In this document: positions 10,476-22,452 of the stretch, in pieces
Layout of the letters: each line of letters opens with the position of its first letter
Numbering within the stretch: position 1 is the first letter of the stretch
NCBI GenBank assembly: GCA_054600435.1
Contig: BAAIJX010000073.1
Coordinates: forward strand, 1-64,000
DNA length: 64,000 bases
Direction: 5' to 3'
DNA from: Neophaeotheca triangularis
Lineage: Eukaryota
Program-made: the position numbers and the translations under genes
Notes under the pieces: model-generated
The model's database searches: none
Seen by the model: only the letters and a program-made list of their open reading frames with translations
What the model was told of the DNA's origin: nothing

Positions 10476-13400
10476 AGGCGTTGGCTTCCGTTTTGGGGAT
10501 TGCATCGGTGGCAGAGCTGTGGACGGAAGTTGTTCCTGTCTAGACGTCATGGTCGAGTCTTTCGACTCAGGTCGACTCAGCTCCCTTTCGGTCCGAGGGC
10601 TAATCGACCTTTCTGTCTGGGGTGACCTGCGTTCTCCATTGAGCTGGGGCGCAACAACGTCTTTGACATTGATATCGACGCTGCTTGCGAATTTAGCCAA
10701 CTCCTCTGCGCTGTACTTCTCTGGATGCTGCGCCATGTGTGTGTTGCCAATGTAGGTCCAGAATCTGTTTGTGCGGCCTTGGATACTAGTACCTTGGCCC
10801 GGGTTGTGCTGGGCCAGAATGTCGGCGAGGGAAGGTCGTGGCGTGGTACTGCCGCTGCTCCCCGAAGGCGAGGGTTTGAATTGAGTGCTCGTCCGACGTC
10901 CAAGCTCGCTGTTACTAGACTTGGGCGCGAGGCGACCGCTTATTGAGATCACATCGTCATCAGTGGGGGTTACCGCTCGTACGGTCGATGGCGATGCCGG
11001 GCGCATCGAATCGTTCAGCTGCTTCACGCGCCTAGCGGTTGCGGCCGCGGCAGCAGGGGAGGGCTCTCCCAGCAGCATCCGCGGGAAACCACTGATTGGA
11101 AATCCATGAGGCTCAAGACCATCGTGAGCTGATAGGAAAAGGTTGATGGAAGATGCCTTGGTCTCGTCGCGAAGCGGGATGTATATGTTGGCCAACCCAA
11201 AAACAGCGCTGTCTATCATGGCCTTGCAGACCTCTTTACTCAACGGAATCTTGAATGCCGCCTCCGTGCTATCTTGATCCGGCTTAATCAAAATATAAGG
11301 CTCAAAGTCCAGAGTTCGCCGTTGTTCGATGATCTGTCCAAGAGCTCGCATTTCCTCACTCCCGTCCTCGAAGCGACACGAGATGACCGTTGCGCAGACT
11401 TGCTCCGTCTTCTCGGCCGTAGCTTTTGACTGCACTTCCAAGTAAAAAGAGGAAGCGATTAAACGATTTGCGACGTTCTTGAGCGCAGCCATTCTGTGTG
11501 GTGTCTGAAGCCTTTTACGGACGGAAACTTGAAGATTTTCAATCTCACTCTTGCTATCTTGAGAAGGCGGCTCCTTGTCGAGATCTGGGTTAAACCTGAC
11601 GTAGCGTCTCCGCCTGGCTTCGTTCTTCTCGTGCTGGCTTTGGGCTCGAAATTCACTCCAGGCTATTTCGGCATCCACTATGTCGTCGACTCGTCTGGAT
11701 CGCCACCAACCGTAACGATTCTGTTTGCCCGAAGGTTGCGATATGACGGACGCCGAGGACGACTGGGGCTTGTCCGGCATTTTCGACAGCACTGATATCC
11801 TGTTCTGTCCGGTACCCAAGGACAGGAAGAGATCGGGCTCGGCGACATCAGGCCATATCAACCGCCGTTCGTGGTCCGCGATGAAAGACGGGTTAGTGCA
11901 CAGCAAGCCGCCGTCTTGGTATATCTGACCGTGAAAGGTGAGTGGCTTGAAATAACTAGGCGTGGCCATAGATCCGGCAACTGCTTGCCACATCTTAAGT
12001 TCCATCTCCGGCTCGTTGGGTCTTTCGAATTTGTACGAGGGCGTCACATCTTCAGGACGGCGGTAGCTTGCTAGAAGCATGGATTCTCTTCCAGTCACCG
12101 AGGTCGAAGTCATGGCCACTCGGGCCCCAGGTCGTAGCTTCGTCGAAAACCTCGAAGAAGCACCAAACAAGTCCTCGTCTTCGGAGAAGGCAGTCTTGAG
12201 TGCCGAGTGCAGCTGCTTCGTCTTGTACTTTGGCCCACTGCCAATCGCCGCTGCAAGGTTATTCAGTATCGGTACACCGCGCAGACGAGGCATGAAAGCG
12301 TGGTCGCAGACTGCATTGAACATGTCGATGCAAGCATCCACGGTTCGATCGTGCGTTTGCAGTGCAATTGCCAGCAGACCACCTGTCCCACTACCAACGA
12401 TCAAATCGAAGAAATTTTGGATGGGCAGAAATGCACCCAGAGCGCCCTCGATTGCCCGCAGTACTTCCAGTTGCACGATACCGCGAATGCCTCCCCCGTC
12501 CAGGGAAAGAACACGAACCCCTGCATGTGGAGGTTTGAAGCGAACAACTGTAGGTTTCGCCCACTTGGTCGCATCTCGATGAAGTGGACAGCAAGCCATG
12601 ACGACAGAAGACTTTCTGGGTGTACCGTACGCCTTGACACATGCCGAGCAGAGCACATGTCCACACTGCAAGGGATGTTCTGGCACGTCCATCAGGCAAG
12701 AGAAGCAAGTAGCATGGCTACAGATTGCAGCTGCTGGTCCGACATTTTCGAAGAATTGATTGAGATACTCAATGTGCAGGTCCAGTGCAATGCGCTCTTC
12801 AGGTACTGCGTGAACGTCATCGTTGTAGGAGGCTTGCTCCAGCTCGTAGGAAAAGTCACGTTGGATGTCTGCGATTGCGGCGCGAAGTTGCTGTTTCCAC
12901 TCCGGTAAGAAGCTGGTATCAAAGGCGGCTTGGTACTCTCCGGCAGCAATAATGCCTCGCTCATCTTGATGGCCTTTTGTCAGATGGCGGGCCTTTACGA
13001 GCATGCAACGCCTGCCCGTCGCATTCTCGACGAACTCGCAAGGCCAGTGTACCTCGGTGAACTCGCTCAGGGCGTAGTCGAAGAACTTCTCATAATTGCC
13101 AAATAGCTCATCCACTCGTCCTTTCCGGAAACGAGCGCAATCCAGGAGTACACACGAAGCAAGCATCACACTGAGCTTCTCAAAGAGCCAGTTGGCACGT
13201 CCTGCCTGCTTTGGCTGTTGAGAGCTGATGGTCGTACAAAGCTGGAGTATGTGCCCTCCAAAGTCGTTCGGGATGGGATTCCGTAGGAGCGAGACCTGCA
13301 TGAAATTGAAGGGGATGTTGAGGTGAGTGCAGAAATGGTCGAAACCACTTTGTAGGTAAGTGTTGAGCTCATCTGCGTTGGTCAACATGCGAGCTCGACG

Positions 13401-14862
13401 CTTGGTGCGGAACGACTGTTCGCAATTGTTGCGTATGACTGTGTGCAGCTTTCCGATCTGCTCGTTGATGGTCATGTAGCGAGGTTTCGCCGGTATTCGG
13501 ACTACTTTGAAAGTGCTGTAGTACCGTAGAATCAAGTCTTCTACAGTTTCAATGTGTTTTCCCAAACCCCGCCAGTATTCAGCGAGCTCCCTGAAGCGTG
13601 GTACCCCTTCCTGTTCGTCGAGCGCGCCGCTGACAGACGACAAAAGGCTGTTGGTGGCGTAAGTCACATCCCATTCTTCCTCCGGAACGCTAGGATCGCA
13701 GCCATTCACTGCTACGACGCAGTGAGGCAAAGCCGGTTGATTGAGCGACTTCTCCAGCGCTGCCACTCCCCACTCGAGTAATTTGGTAAGCACCGAAGAC
13801 TGAAAGGTTTTCGGATTGCGCAGAACAAAGACCACGCAGTCGGAGAAAGTGTACAGCAGCCTTGGGTACAGCGCAGTCACTGCAAATTCGCGCTGCCTGG
13901 AAACATCATCGTTGGCCCATTCGATAGATCGAGTCAAAACGTTCCCCGAGTCCTTGGCACCCTCATGCCCGCCTTGACCTCCTCGCAATCTCGACCGCGC
14001 ACCCATTGGCGTTTGCTCGCCTCCCTCAAAACCTTCACAGTCGGCAAACATCAAAGGAAGCTGCTCGGTATGGGTCGAAGGATCAGCATACAGATGGACG
14101 TCTCCAGAGGTGGGCAGAGAATCGTTGACGACACTCCCCACCACCGGGCTCGGGAACATGGCTCCCCCTTCGGAATTCCTATTATCTCCTTCAGAGCTCT
14201 CAATGAGAAGGCGGATCAAAGTGCTCTTGCCTGCATTAGTAACTCCAATGAATGAAACAAGCTGCGGATATCTGTTGGCCATGCTCTCGACGGGCGATAT
14301 CGTCGCCATTAGTGAAGCATAACGGCCATAGTCTTCGAAGCTGGGCCGTCCCGTACCATCGCGTGAAACTCCAAACCATTTCGTTGACTCGTCATCTTCG
14401 TGTAATCGATTAATGGCTGCTGGCGTCCTTGGTGGATTCAGGATGCCCTTGAGCCGACGAACGACATTCGGATTCGTCTTCTCGTGAGGCATGCCATCTC
14501 GCCCCTTCTTTTTCGGTTTGTGTGGTCCTTGAAGTGGCCAGCATTCACTGCGGGGAACGGCGTCAACTTCTTCAGTGTTCATGGCCTGCGCGCGCAAACA
14601 TGTCCAAGACTCACCTGCAATATGAGCTGTCGCAATCAACGCAATGCCATATCGGCGGGGCGGGGCCTCGACATCTGTCATCTTCGCATTCAATCGAGGC
14701 GTCCTGGTTGTCCTCGTCGCTCTCGCTCTCGGCATCCGTAGTGTCTGAATCTGATGAGATATCCCCGGGAGGCAAACGTGGTGGAGGCGCTGGGGACTGG
14801 GTGAAGGCCTGTGGCAACCTCCAACGTGCCGACTTGCGCCGCTCCTCTTTGATGGCGTCCAT
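9633..14862 (-). CDS. ~1720-aa protein: N-terminal Cys/His Zn-finger, P-loop GTPase-like domain, RING-like finger, patatin-like domain and disordered poly-Q tail; 2 exons (14862-14615, 14547-9633)
   Basis: A 67-nt GTGAGT...CGCAG intron gives CEDDRC..WHCVDCDSSYCSECW..H..H. Motifs: GVTNAGKST (G1), DCEG (G3), CFSC..CGHVLCSAC..CCPLH, patatin LSLDGGGIRG, FDLIVGSGTGG, QDGG and LSLGTG. Confidence 0.9.
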
Positions 14863-16150
14863 GGACGGCGATTAGTATTGAATTAGGTGGTGATAAAAAT
14901 ATTACATGGGAAAAAAAGACAAGTACAAGGTAATGTCAGCAGCAATAATGGCCAGTCTGCCGTCAACAGCAACAGAAGGAGAGAGAGAGAGAGAGACTTG
15001 CAATTGTGAAGTTAAAGATGGCACAATGATGATTACGGAAGCGTCAAGTATAACTACTCGTGCAGTTTCTGAGTTCTCTTCCCAGTTACTCCTGCAGAGG
15101 TCAGGGATAGGTCAGGGCGAGGTCAAGGTTCAGGGGAATCCTGACTATCGGCGGCCGTTACAGGGATCATCTCGAAGCTTTTTCGAGTCGGCGTTCAGCT
15201 GGAATCAGCCCCACCGAGCAATCAAATAGCATGCTGAATGTGTGCGTGGTCGTGTCTGAATCTGCCGATGGTGATGGGTTCGTGCGTTGTAGGCGCCGTG
15301 TAAGGAAGCCATAGGCGCCTTCTCATGGCCGTACAAATGTAGGTATCCGTGAGATTTGGAAGTTCAATGGAAAGCACCGAGGTTGATACAAGGTCCGGGT
15401 GGTACTAGGTACCTTACTACTAGAGGAAAGTGATACTCCACCACGTGATCGACGCCTAGAACCGCGACCCGCCCCCGGCTCTTCAGGAACTCCACTGCCG
15501 TTCTGTAGAATCTGTACCCCTGAGCAAATCTTGTTCAGTTTTCGGTACCTCCTAACCTCCTAAAGGCAAGGAAACGATTTTATACTAGTAACGTAACCTC
15601 TTCGGGAATCGTGACTCGCTACGACTTGGCCGTTTCAACTAACGCACATTCGGTCCACTCGCCGAGATAAAGATAACAATAACAATGATACTATGTAGCG
15701 CTTTTAATTCTCTGGGCCCTTTGAGTCAGGACTCAGGCCAGTACATCGTAAAATCCCTTCTTACTACCAGCCTGCCACTTCTTACATCAGGCGCCCACCT
15801 CGAGCATCAACACTCGATAATATAGCCGCCTTGCCGCGGATATGGGCGGGGCTTCTACTTCAAGGTTTCGATCTGTACCGACAGACGGGGTGGGTCAGAA
15901 AATCCAAAGGCCCACGGCCCACCGTTCTGCAAACTCGCATGACGACGGTATTTGACATCTTACCATCTTCATCTTCGACAACATCAGTAAATACCCGGAC
16001 CGCTTTACTGGTAGTGGAAACAGGGACATGGACGCCAACACAGCAGTTCTGTTGATTGTGGTCCCTATTTTGACGTTCGCTCCACCACTTCGTAACCGCG
16101 AAAGCCGCAGCTTCTGGTGTTATGCTGGCCCACAGCCGAACTGGCATCCA

Positions 16151-17575
16151 TCATACAAGCTGATTCTTCTTCTGCTCTGCGACTCTTGTCCGCACGGCCT
16201 CCTTCGGGTTCACTAAACTCGCCAGTCCAAGCCATGGCGTATTGACAGGACTTGGCCCGGTGTACAGGAATAAGTCATACATGACGCCTCCCCAAAGGCA
16301 GCCCAAGAACGGCGCTATCATCGGTATCCAGAAGTAATACCCGCCCGCGCTCCATACCTCACCGCCGTATCCGACTGCGTAGGACATGAGACGAGGTCCA
16401 AAATCACGGGCGAAATTGATTGCGTAGCCGGTTTGCCAGCCTTGGAGGAAGTCAGCGACTAAGCGAATGCTTTTGTTGAAAAGAACAAGGAATCAAATCC
16501 TTACCGAAACAGGATCCCAGTCCAAATATCAAGAAGAAAAGCCCTAGAGGAAACCATTCGCCCGACGCCGAGAACGAGCCCTTGTTACTATCATCTTTCA
16601 AAGCAAAAATGACAAACATCAGTATTGCCGAAGCAATGAACTCGGAAAAGAATTGCGAGGCTTTGGTCAGATGTTCTTGCGGGTAGGTGCAGAAGATTGC
16701 TGCCGTCGCTGTTGGACTTGGCGGTACTGTCCGCAATCCATCTTCGTACCAGTCGATGCTGGAAACGTAGTTTGCGTATACGACCCCGGCTCCAACGAAT
16801 CCACCCAGGAACTGGCCGAGGAAGAACATGGGGAATCGCCGCCACGGCAATTTACGGAGGACGCAGTTTGTAAAGGTAATGGCTGGGCTAGTGGGTGTCA
16901 GTCTCCGTCCTGCGTTTTTGCAGCAGAATCTGCTAGATGTGTACTTACTTGAGGTATGCTCCGCTGTCGCCAGCGACGTATATTCCCAGCATGCTAAGAA
17001 TTCCATCAGCAAGCTGCTTGCAACGACTAACACAGTACGTTCAAACTCACACGCCCAAACCCCAACCCCAATTGATCGACTGGTAATTTCCGAAGCCATT
17101 ACCACCCGGTGCGCTTTCTTGCTCAGCGCTCAAGAGGACTTGTGCGACGCTGCCGTCTCCGAAAAGCCTGCAGACATCAGTAACCATAACAGACCCATTT
17201 CTCCGGATGGACATCGACTTACACCATTATGAATACCCCAAAGAACTCAGCAAAAGGCTCTTTCAACGTCAACCGTATCTTCGACCACCACAAATCGCTC
17301 TCATTTCTTGTATCGTGCTCTTCGATAATCGGCGCCGTCGGGTGCAAACCGAGCATGTGCCTTGAGTTCTGCAATTGCGATGAAGTGTGGGTCAGACTCT
17401 CTCCTGCCGCTGCATCTGCCTCTGTGGCATGCTCCCGGTGCGATGCCGATGCTGTGCGTAGATTGTGAAGCGCGAGAGGGTCGTCTTTCTCCGAATTATC
17501 TTTCGATCGACCGCGCGATTGCCAGTCGTAGCCGTTCTGTTCGCGTCCGTCTACGTTCATAGCTGCGTCGGTCAT
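16151..17575 (-). CDS. Aquaglyceroporin (MIP family), 5 exons
   Basis: EPFAEFFGVF, GDGSVAQV, INWGWGLGV, SGAYLN|PAIT (NPA split by an intron), GQFLGGFVGA, GWQTGYAINFARDFGPR (Asp after the second motif, typical of glyceroporins) and YFWIPMIAPF. Confidence 0.92.
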
Positions 17576-19072
17576 ATTGGGCAGGGCTGAGGAGCGTAGC
17601 AGGGGAGCGGAAAGGGGAGAGTGGGAACACGAGCAACACAGCCGCGCTTTCTTCGACGGCCAGAAACACGACACAAGCCAAAACCCCATCCGAAGAATCC
17701 TCCCTCTCTCACCTTATATACGTATCCAAGACACGGCATCACCAAACCCCAAGCCCTCCGCCAGCGGGGTAGCTCCCACGGATACCAAGCACATATTCCT
17801 CGCCCGCGCTCGCCAGCCATGGAAGATGATCAATCAATTATCAGCCATGCGCATCCGCATCCGCATACAAAGCTTCCGAATAACATAGCCTCAGCATCGA
17901 CGATACCGCCGCGCATGTCGAGCATGGCTATGTTGACAAGCCATGGCGTTCGCGAAAAGCGGCGCCGCTGACAGCACTATGTACATGCGCTGTTGGCCAA
18001 GTCTCTTGCGCTTGGAATACATCATTCTATCTTCTTCGTGCGTCTGCTGACTTCCGGAGATAACGGTAGCGGGCTGGAACGAGGCTCGCTCGATCAATCT
18101 ATCGGTAAATTTCGAGTATTCGCTTGACTTGCAGTTAATCTAGGTAGGTACCCGGGTAGTAGTAACTGGCAACGCGTGTGCGCTAGCCCTATGCGCCCCA
18201 GATGTTCGAAGGTGCGGAGTGCGGAGGTGGAGTCGAATTCGAAACGTCGGGTCTGGGGAACTTTCACATGCCCAATCCCATCTTCATCTGGAATTCGGCC
18301 GGGGGTGATTTCGGTTGATGGTGTTGTGTATGATTATTGACGAGGCACTTGCACTACCTTAACATCCAATGTGAGTCGCTCCTGTTTGATCTGGTATGAC
18401 TACCCAAACGCATTTGGCACATACGGCGAGTCCTGGCTTTTGCATTCTTTCCTCTGTTTCCATCTCTTTCGCCTCACAATCGCTTTGTCTGACATTTCCA
18501 ATACAATCTTTGCTCACATACAATCAGATGTGCTCGGCTCGAAGAAAGGGGCCACTTTATTACAAGCAGAGCGCTATGCTCTTATTAGTCTTTCACTACC
18601 ATCACTCTTCGCCATTACCTCCTACACGAGGGAATCGGGCGTGTGCTAGATCAGTCCTCCACAGTCCACCCTTTTGCATGGGCTTCCAAAGGTCTTGTCG
18701 CTGAACTACTTCTTTGTCCTTTACTAAATTGAGGACTACATACTGTCTACTTCTCGACGAGCAGACAATGCGAATTACAGCGTTGGTGCCTAGGACACAC
18801 AGTACAATGCTTCGGCGAGTGCCTTTGCTCACACGTACAATGAACATTGTAACAAGAAAGGAAGGTAGCCTTTAAGTTTCTTTGTCTGAGCGCATTGTGC
18901 TATGCATTTTATTTCGGTACTATGCCACCTCAGCCGCTATAAGATGACTCCCCTCGAAATCGACCTTAACCTCTCCCCTCTCCATCAGCGTTCCATTACA
19001 TACCCTTTAAGCTATTTTCCAACTTTCGCGCCAACCACCGTTCAAAACTCCAACACACCAGCACTCAGCGAG

Positions 19073-19717
19073 ATGCCGGCCCGCCGCCGCCACCACCACA
19101 AGGTACAACACCCTCTCAACTCTCAAGGATGGGTCATGAGTAAGGTCCAACGTGAAGCCCACGACGCAAACCTCCGTTACGAACACGCTCTCCAACAGAC
19201 ACAAGCATCAGCAGCCCGCCGCCCTTCCCCGACCGCAGTAGGCGAGTCCATGGGGGGACGCGAACGCTTCGGCGATCTCCGTGACTACCCCCCGCGCCCG
19301 AGCGTCTCGCGCCGGCCCTCCATCTTCGACGCCCCCGCCCCTCCCCCCGTCCGCCCCTCCATGTACGAAACCCGCGACGTCTACATCTCGCGCCAAGGCC
19401 GCAGCGGCTCCACGCGCCCGCCGTCACCCGACCGGAACTTCGTGCCCTTCGAAACCCCGCGTCGTCGCGAACCGCGAGAACCGCACTACGTGCCCCCGGT
19501 CGAGCGCCAGCCGCTCTTCGGCGAAAGCCCGCAGCGCATCTCGCTTCCGCGCCGTCTCAGCTCGTCCAGGAGCTCTTCTCGCCACCCGGAGCCCGCTCCT
19601 TCTTACTGGCCTAGCTACGACGACGGCGCTCGCTATGATTTTGACCCCCAGCCTCGTCGTCAGAGGGACGTTGCGGGCCGTGCGACGCCGAGGTTCGAGC
19701 CCATGGACCATGAGTAG
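19073..19717 (+). CDS. Hypothetical Arg/Pro/Ser-rich protein, ~214 aa
   Basis: Open frame with C-ending codon bias starting MPARRRHHHK after a CA-rich leader. No recognised domain. Confidence 0.55.
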   Translation: MPARRRHHHKVQHPLNSQGWVMSKVQREAHDANLRYEHALQQTQASAARRPSPTAVGESMGGRERFGDLRDYPPRPSVSRRPSIFDAPAPPPVRPSMYETRDVYISRQGRSGSTRPPSPDRNFVPFETPRRREPREPHYVPPVERQPLFGESPQRISLPRRLSSSRSSSRHPEPAPSYWPSYDDGARYDFDPQPRRQRDVAGRATPRFEPMDHE

Positions 19718-21625
19718 GAGACTAGGGAGGTTAGGCCTTCGAGGCGTTCGACGAGGGAAGATCCGTTCGGGCGGAGATGATGGAGGCGTTCGTTCATGGG
19801 TAAAGTGAGGTGTACGGTGGTTTTTGCCGGTGGGGTTTGCTAACTAGAGTGGTTGCACCTGGAATTTTTAGGCTTTTGTTGGTTTGTATTCGTAGGCGTT
19901 GCGGAGTTCCGTTTGAAGCGGATGCTGATCGTTAACGGGCGTGAAACAGGATAGTAAAGGGATAAAATCCAACGAAAATTCGGAGGGGGCTGGCTCTCTC
20001 ACGCCAATGAAAAATCTTCCGGCTCTCTGCTATATTGGACTGCGTAACAGATGACATGACGAGAACGAGACTTAGCTCTCGGTGATTTAAAAGGGGTACA
20101 ATTATGTTTCTGATTATGCCTTTAACTTCACCATAATTCCGAACGGTCAGCTAAGCCTTGTGAGAGTGCTCTAAACATGTACCTAATACCAACACAAGTG
20201 TGCAGACGGTCTCACCTTAAGAACGCCCTACTGACAGGCCAAGTACGATGTGGGCTCCTTTCGAGACTGGGTAGGTGAAACTTCGAGATACTTATAAGCT
20301 TCCTCCACCCATAGAGATCTTAAAACTCCAACGAACCTAATCTCAGCACAGAAACTGTTCAGGAGGCTAAATGGGAGCAATTTCCCCTTGAACCACAGCC
20401 ATGGCCTACCCGGTAATTATCACCGCGCTCAAGTAAGTACTTGTGGGTAGACAATGGCCCTCAAACTAGAACGAACCCCTAACGTAGCCAATCAACAACT
20501 CCCTAACCAAAGCCTCCAAACACGACGGCGAAGACGACCCTCCAAGCCTAGTAGTTCCCACAACAGAAGACAGCCCATACTACAAACGCGACGAGTCCTT
20601 CGTTCTCGCCTCCCTGAAAGAGCGCAGCAAGGGAAAGCCGTCAGAGGTCCGTAGAAAAGCGATGAAAGTTCCTTCGACCCCTTTTTGGGTCGTGGGTTTC
20701 GAATCGCCCTTCCTAGCTCTCTCGGTTTCAAAGGTTGCTCACTTCGTGCGCGAAGAGTCTCAGTTCTCGAGTGGCCTTCCCGCGACCGCTGTCATCTCGA
20801 CAGAGTATTGTGCCATTGTCGACGGACGAGCTTAGCGTGCGGGATGGGAAGACAGTGACGGTCGTACGGGCACGGGGAGGGCTGAGAGCGAAGAGTTTGA
20901 TTGACGAGCTCGAGCCCAGTGCTATTGTAGTGAAGGGGTTGGAATGGATAGCCTCAGTGCTTGGGACGTTAGGGATGGGTCAGTGGAGCAGGAGGCTTGG
21001 AAGGAGTGTTTTAGCGATTGCTTTGGTAGAAGCGATCTTACGGCAGCCATCCATTCAGTGGGCTCTGAAGGCAAGCATGTCGGTTCAGTGGGTGTGCTTG
21101 TAGTGAGTTTCTTGACCAGGCCGTTTTATCTGCCTCTGCTGTTCTTCAATCAACGGGGCAAGCCCGAATCAAACCTCTGCTACCAGCTAGAGGCATTGGG
21201 TTTTGTAATTCTCTGCTTGAAGCACTCAAAAACTGCTCAGTCGCACTGGACCGCAGACAAGATTAGAGGGACTGGTGACTGCGCTTATCTTGACCACCGA
21301 AAATCGCGAACCATCAATACTAAAACGTAAAAATTTTATTGAAACCATATCACGTTCAACGCAGGCTCCGGCACATACGCGAAGTTCTCCAAGACACAAG
21401 AGAGAGGTGTTGCAAAAAGGAGGTTGGAACTTGGAACAACCAGAGAAATCCCGTCTATGATACGCATCATCCACGGTGGCGAACCCCAAGTCTTGGCACC
21501 TCGACGCCACGGCCACCTCCTCCTTGCATCTCCAACAACATCACGCTTGATTCCTTGCACTAAACGAATAGTATCCCCCCCCCCTCTCAATCAAACCCCC
21601 CAAATCCTCAGCATCGCCAGAAACA

Positions 21626-22000
21626 ATGACAACCCGCACCCGGCCCTTGACCAAATTCGCCGAAGCCACGGGCAAATGCACCGCAGAAGTACGTCGGCAC
21701 CTGATCCCCGCCCGGTCGCAAACACTCTTCCTTTATATCCCAAGTCTGACGTGTTCTCTTGTTCCGTAATTTTATTAGGGCGCCGTCTACGGCAAATGCG
21801 TCGTCGCCAACTATCAAAACGTCTCCAAAGACATGTGCGCCCGGGAGCTCATGGCGTTGAAGGATTGTTATCTTGTGAGTTTTGTTGCCCAATTCTGCGG
21901 AGGGGGTTTTGGCAGTCTGGGGAAGTTGTGTTGTCTTTGGTTAAGTCGGGCTCTAGTGCTAATGGTGATGGCGGTGCAGAAGGCTGCGGGGAAGAAGTGA
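21626..22000 (+). CDS. Twin CX9C mitochondrial protein, NDUFAF8-like complex I assembly factor, 59 aa, 3 exons (21626-21688, 21779-21874, 21980-22000)
   Basis: Spliced translation MTTRTRPLTKFAEATGKCTAEGAVYGKCVVANYQNVSKDMCARELMALKDCYLKAAGKK. Introns are canonical (GTACGT..CTGAC..TAG and GTGAGT..GCTAAT..CAG) and both phase 0. Confidence 0.85.
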
Positions 22001-22452
22001 AGTTGCCGTTGGAGGCATTAGGGATTTGCCGTGTCGGGTGGGAATAATGCGTGCTGGAAGCGATCGCGAGAGAGGGAGAAGCGGGATGTTGCCGATGACG
22101 CTGGAAGTTCATGACGGCGGAAATTAGTTGGTGGATCAAGAAACCTGGGGCTGCCGCGGTTTTGGAGCTTGGGTGGAAGGGATGGATGTGGTCGAGTGGC
22201 TGGCCCACGGGGACGCACTGTAGTTCTGGGAAGGCTGCAGCAACGGCAATAGCGAGAGCGGAAAGATTCCTGTCGCCTGTACGAGTATGTGAACACGAAA
22301 ATACTGGTAATATAGGAGTCAAATTCGCAACACTACACAGACTACCTGACCGACTGGATCAAAAACAAGGGTATCAACTGAAACTGCGACCAAACGCCCC
22401 CAATACTAACCTTGCCACCAGTTTCGGGCCTTCGTGACATCCTCCAATCCTG

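Noticed and set aside
14615..14735. N-terminus of the 1700-aa ORF as given in the track (MPRARAT...)
   Set aside because: Wrong frame. The exon from ATG 14862 spliced through a canonical intron completes the Zn-finger.
20401..21103. Possible decayed plus-strand gene (ATG 20401, GTAAGT donor, protein-like frames)
   Set aside because: No splice choice gives a long frame and no family motif was recognised; BLASTx would be needed.
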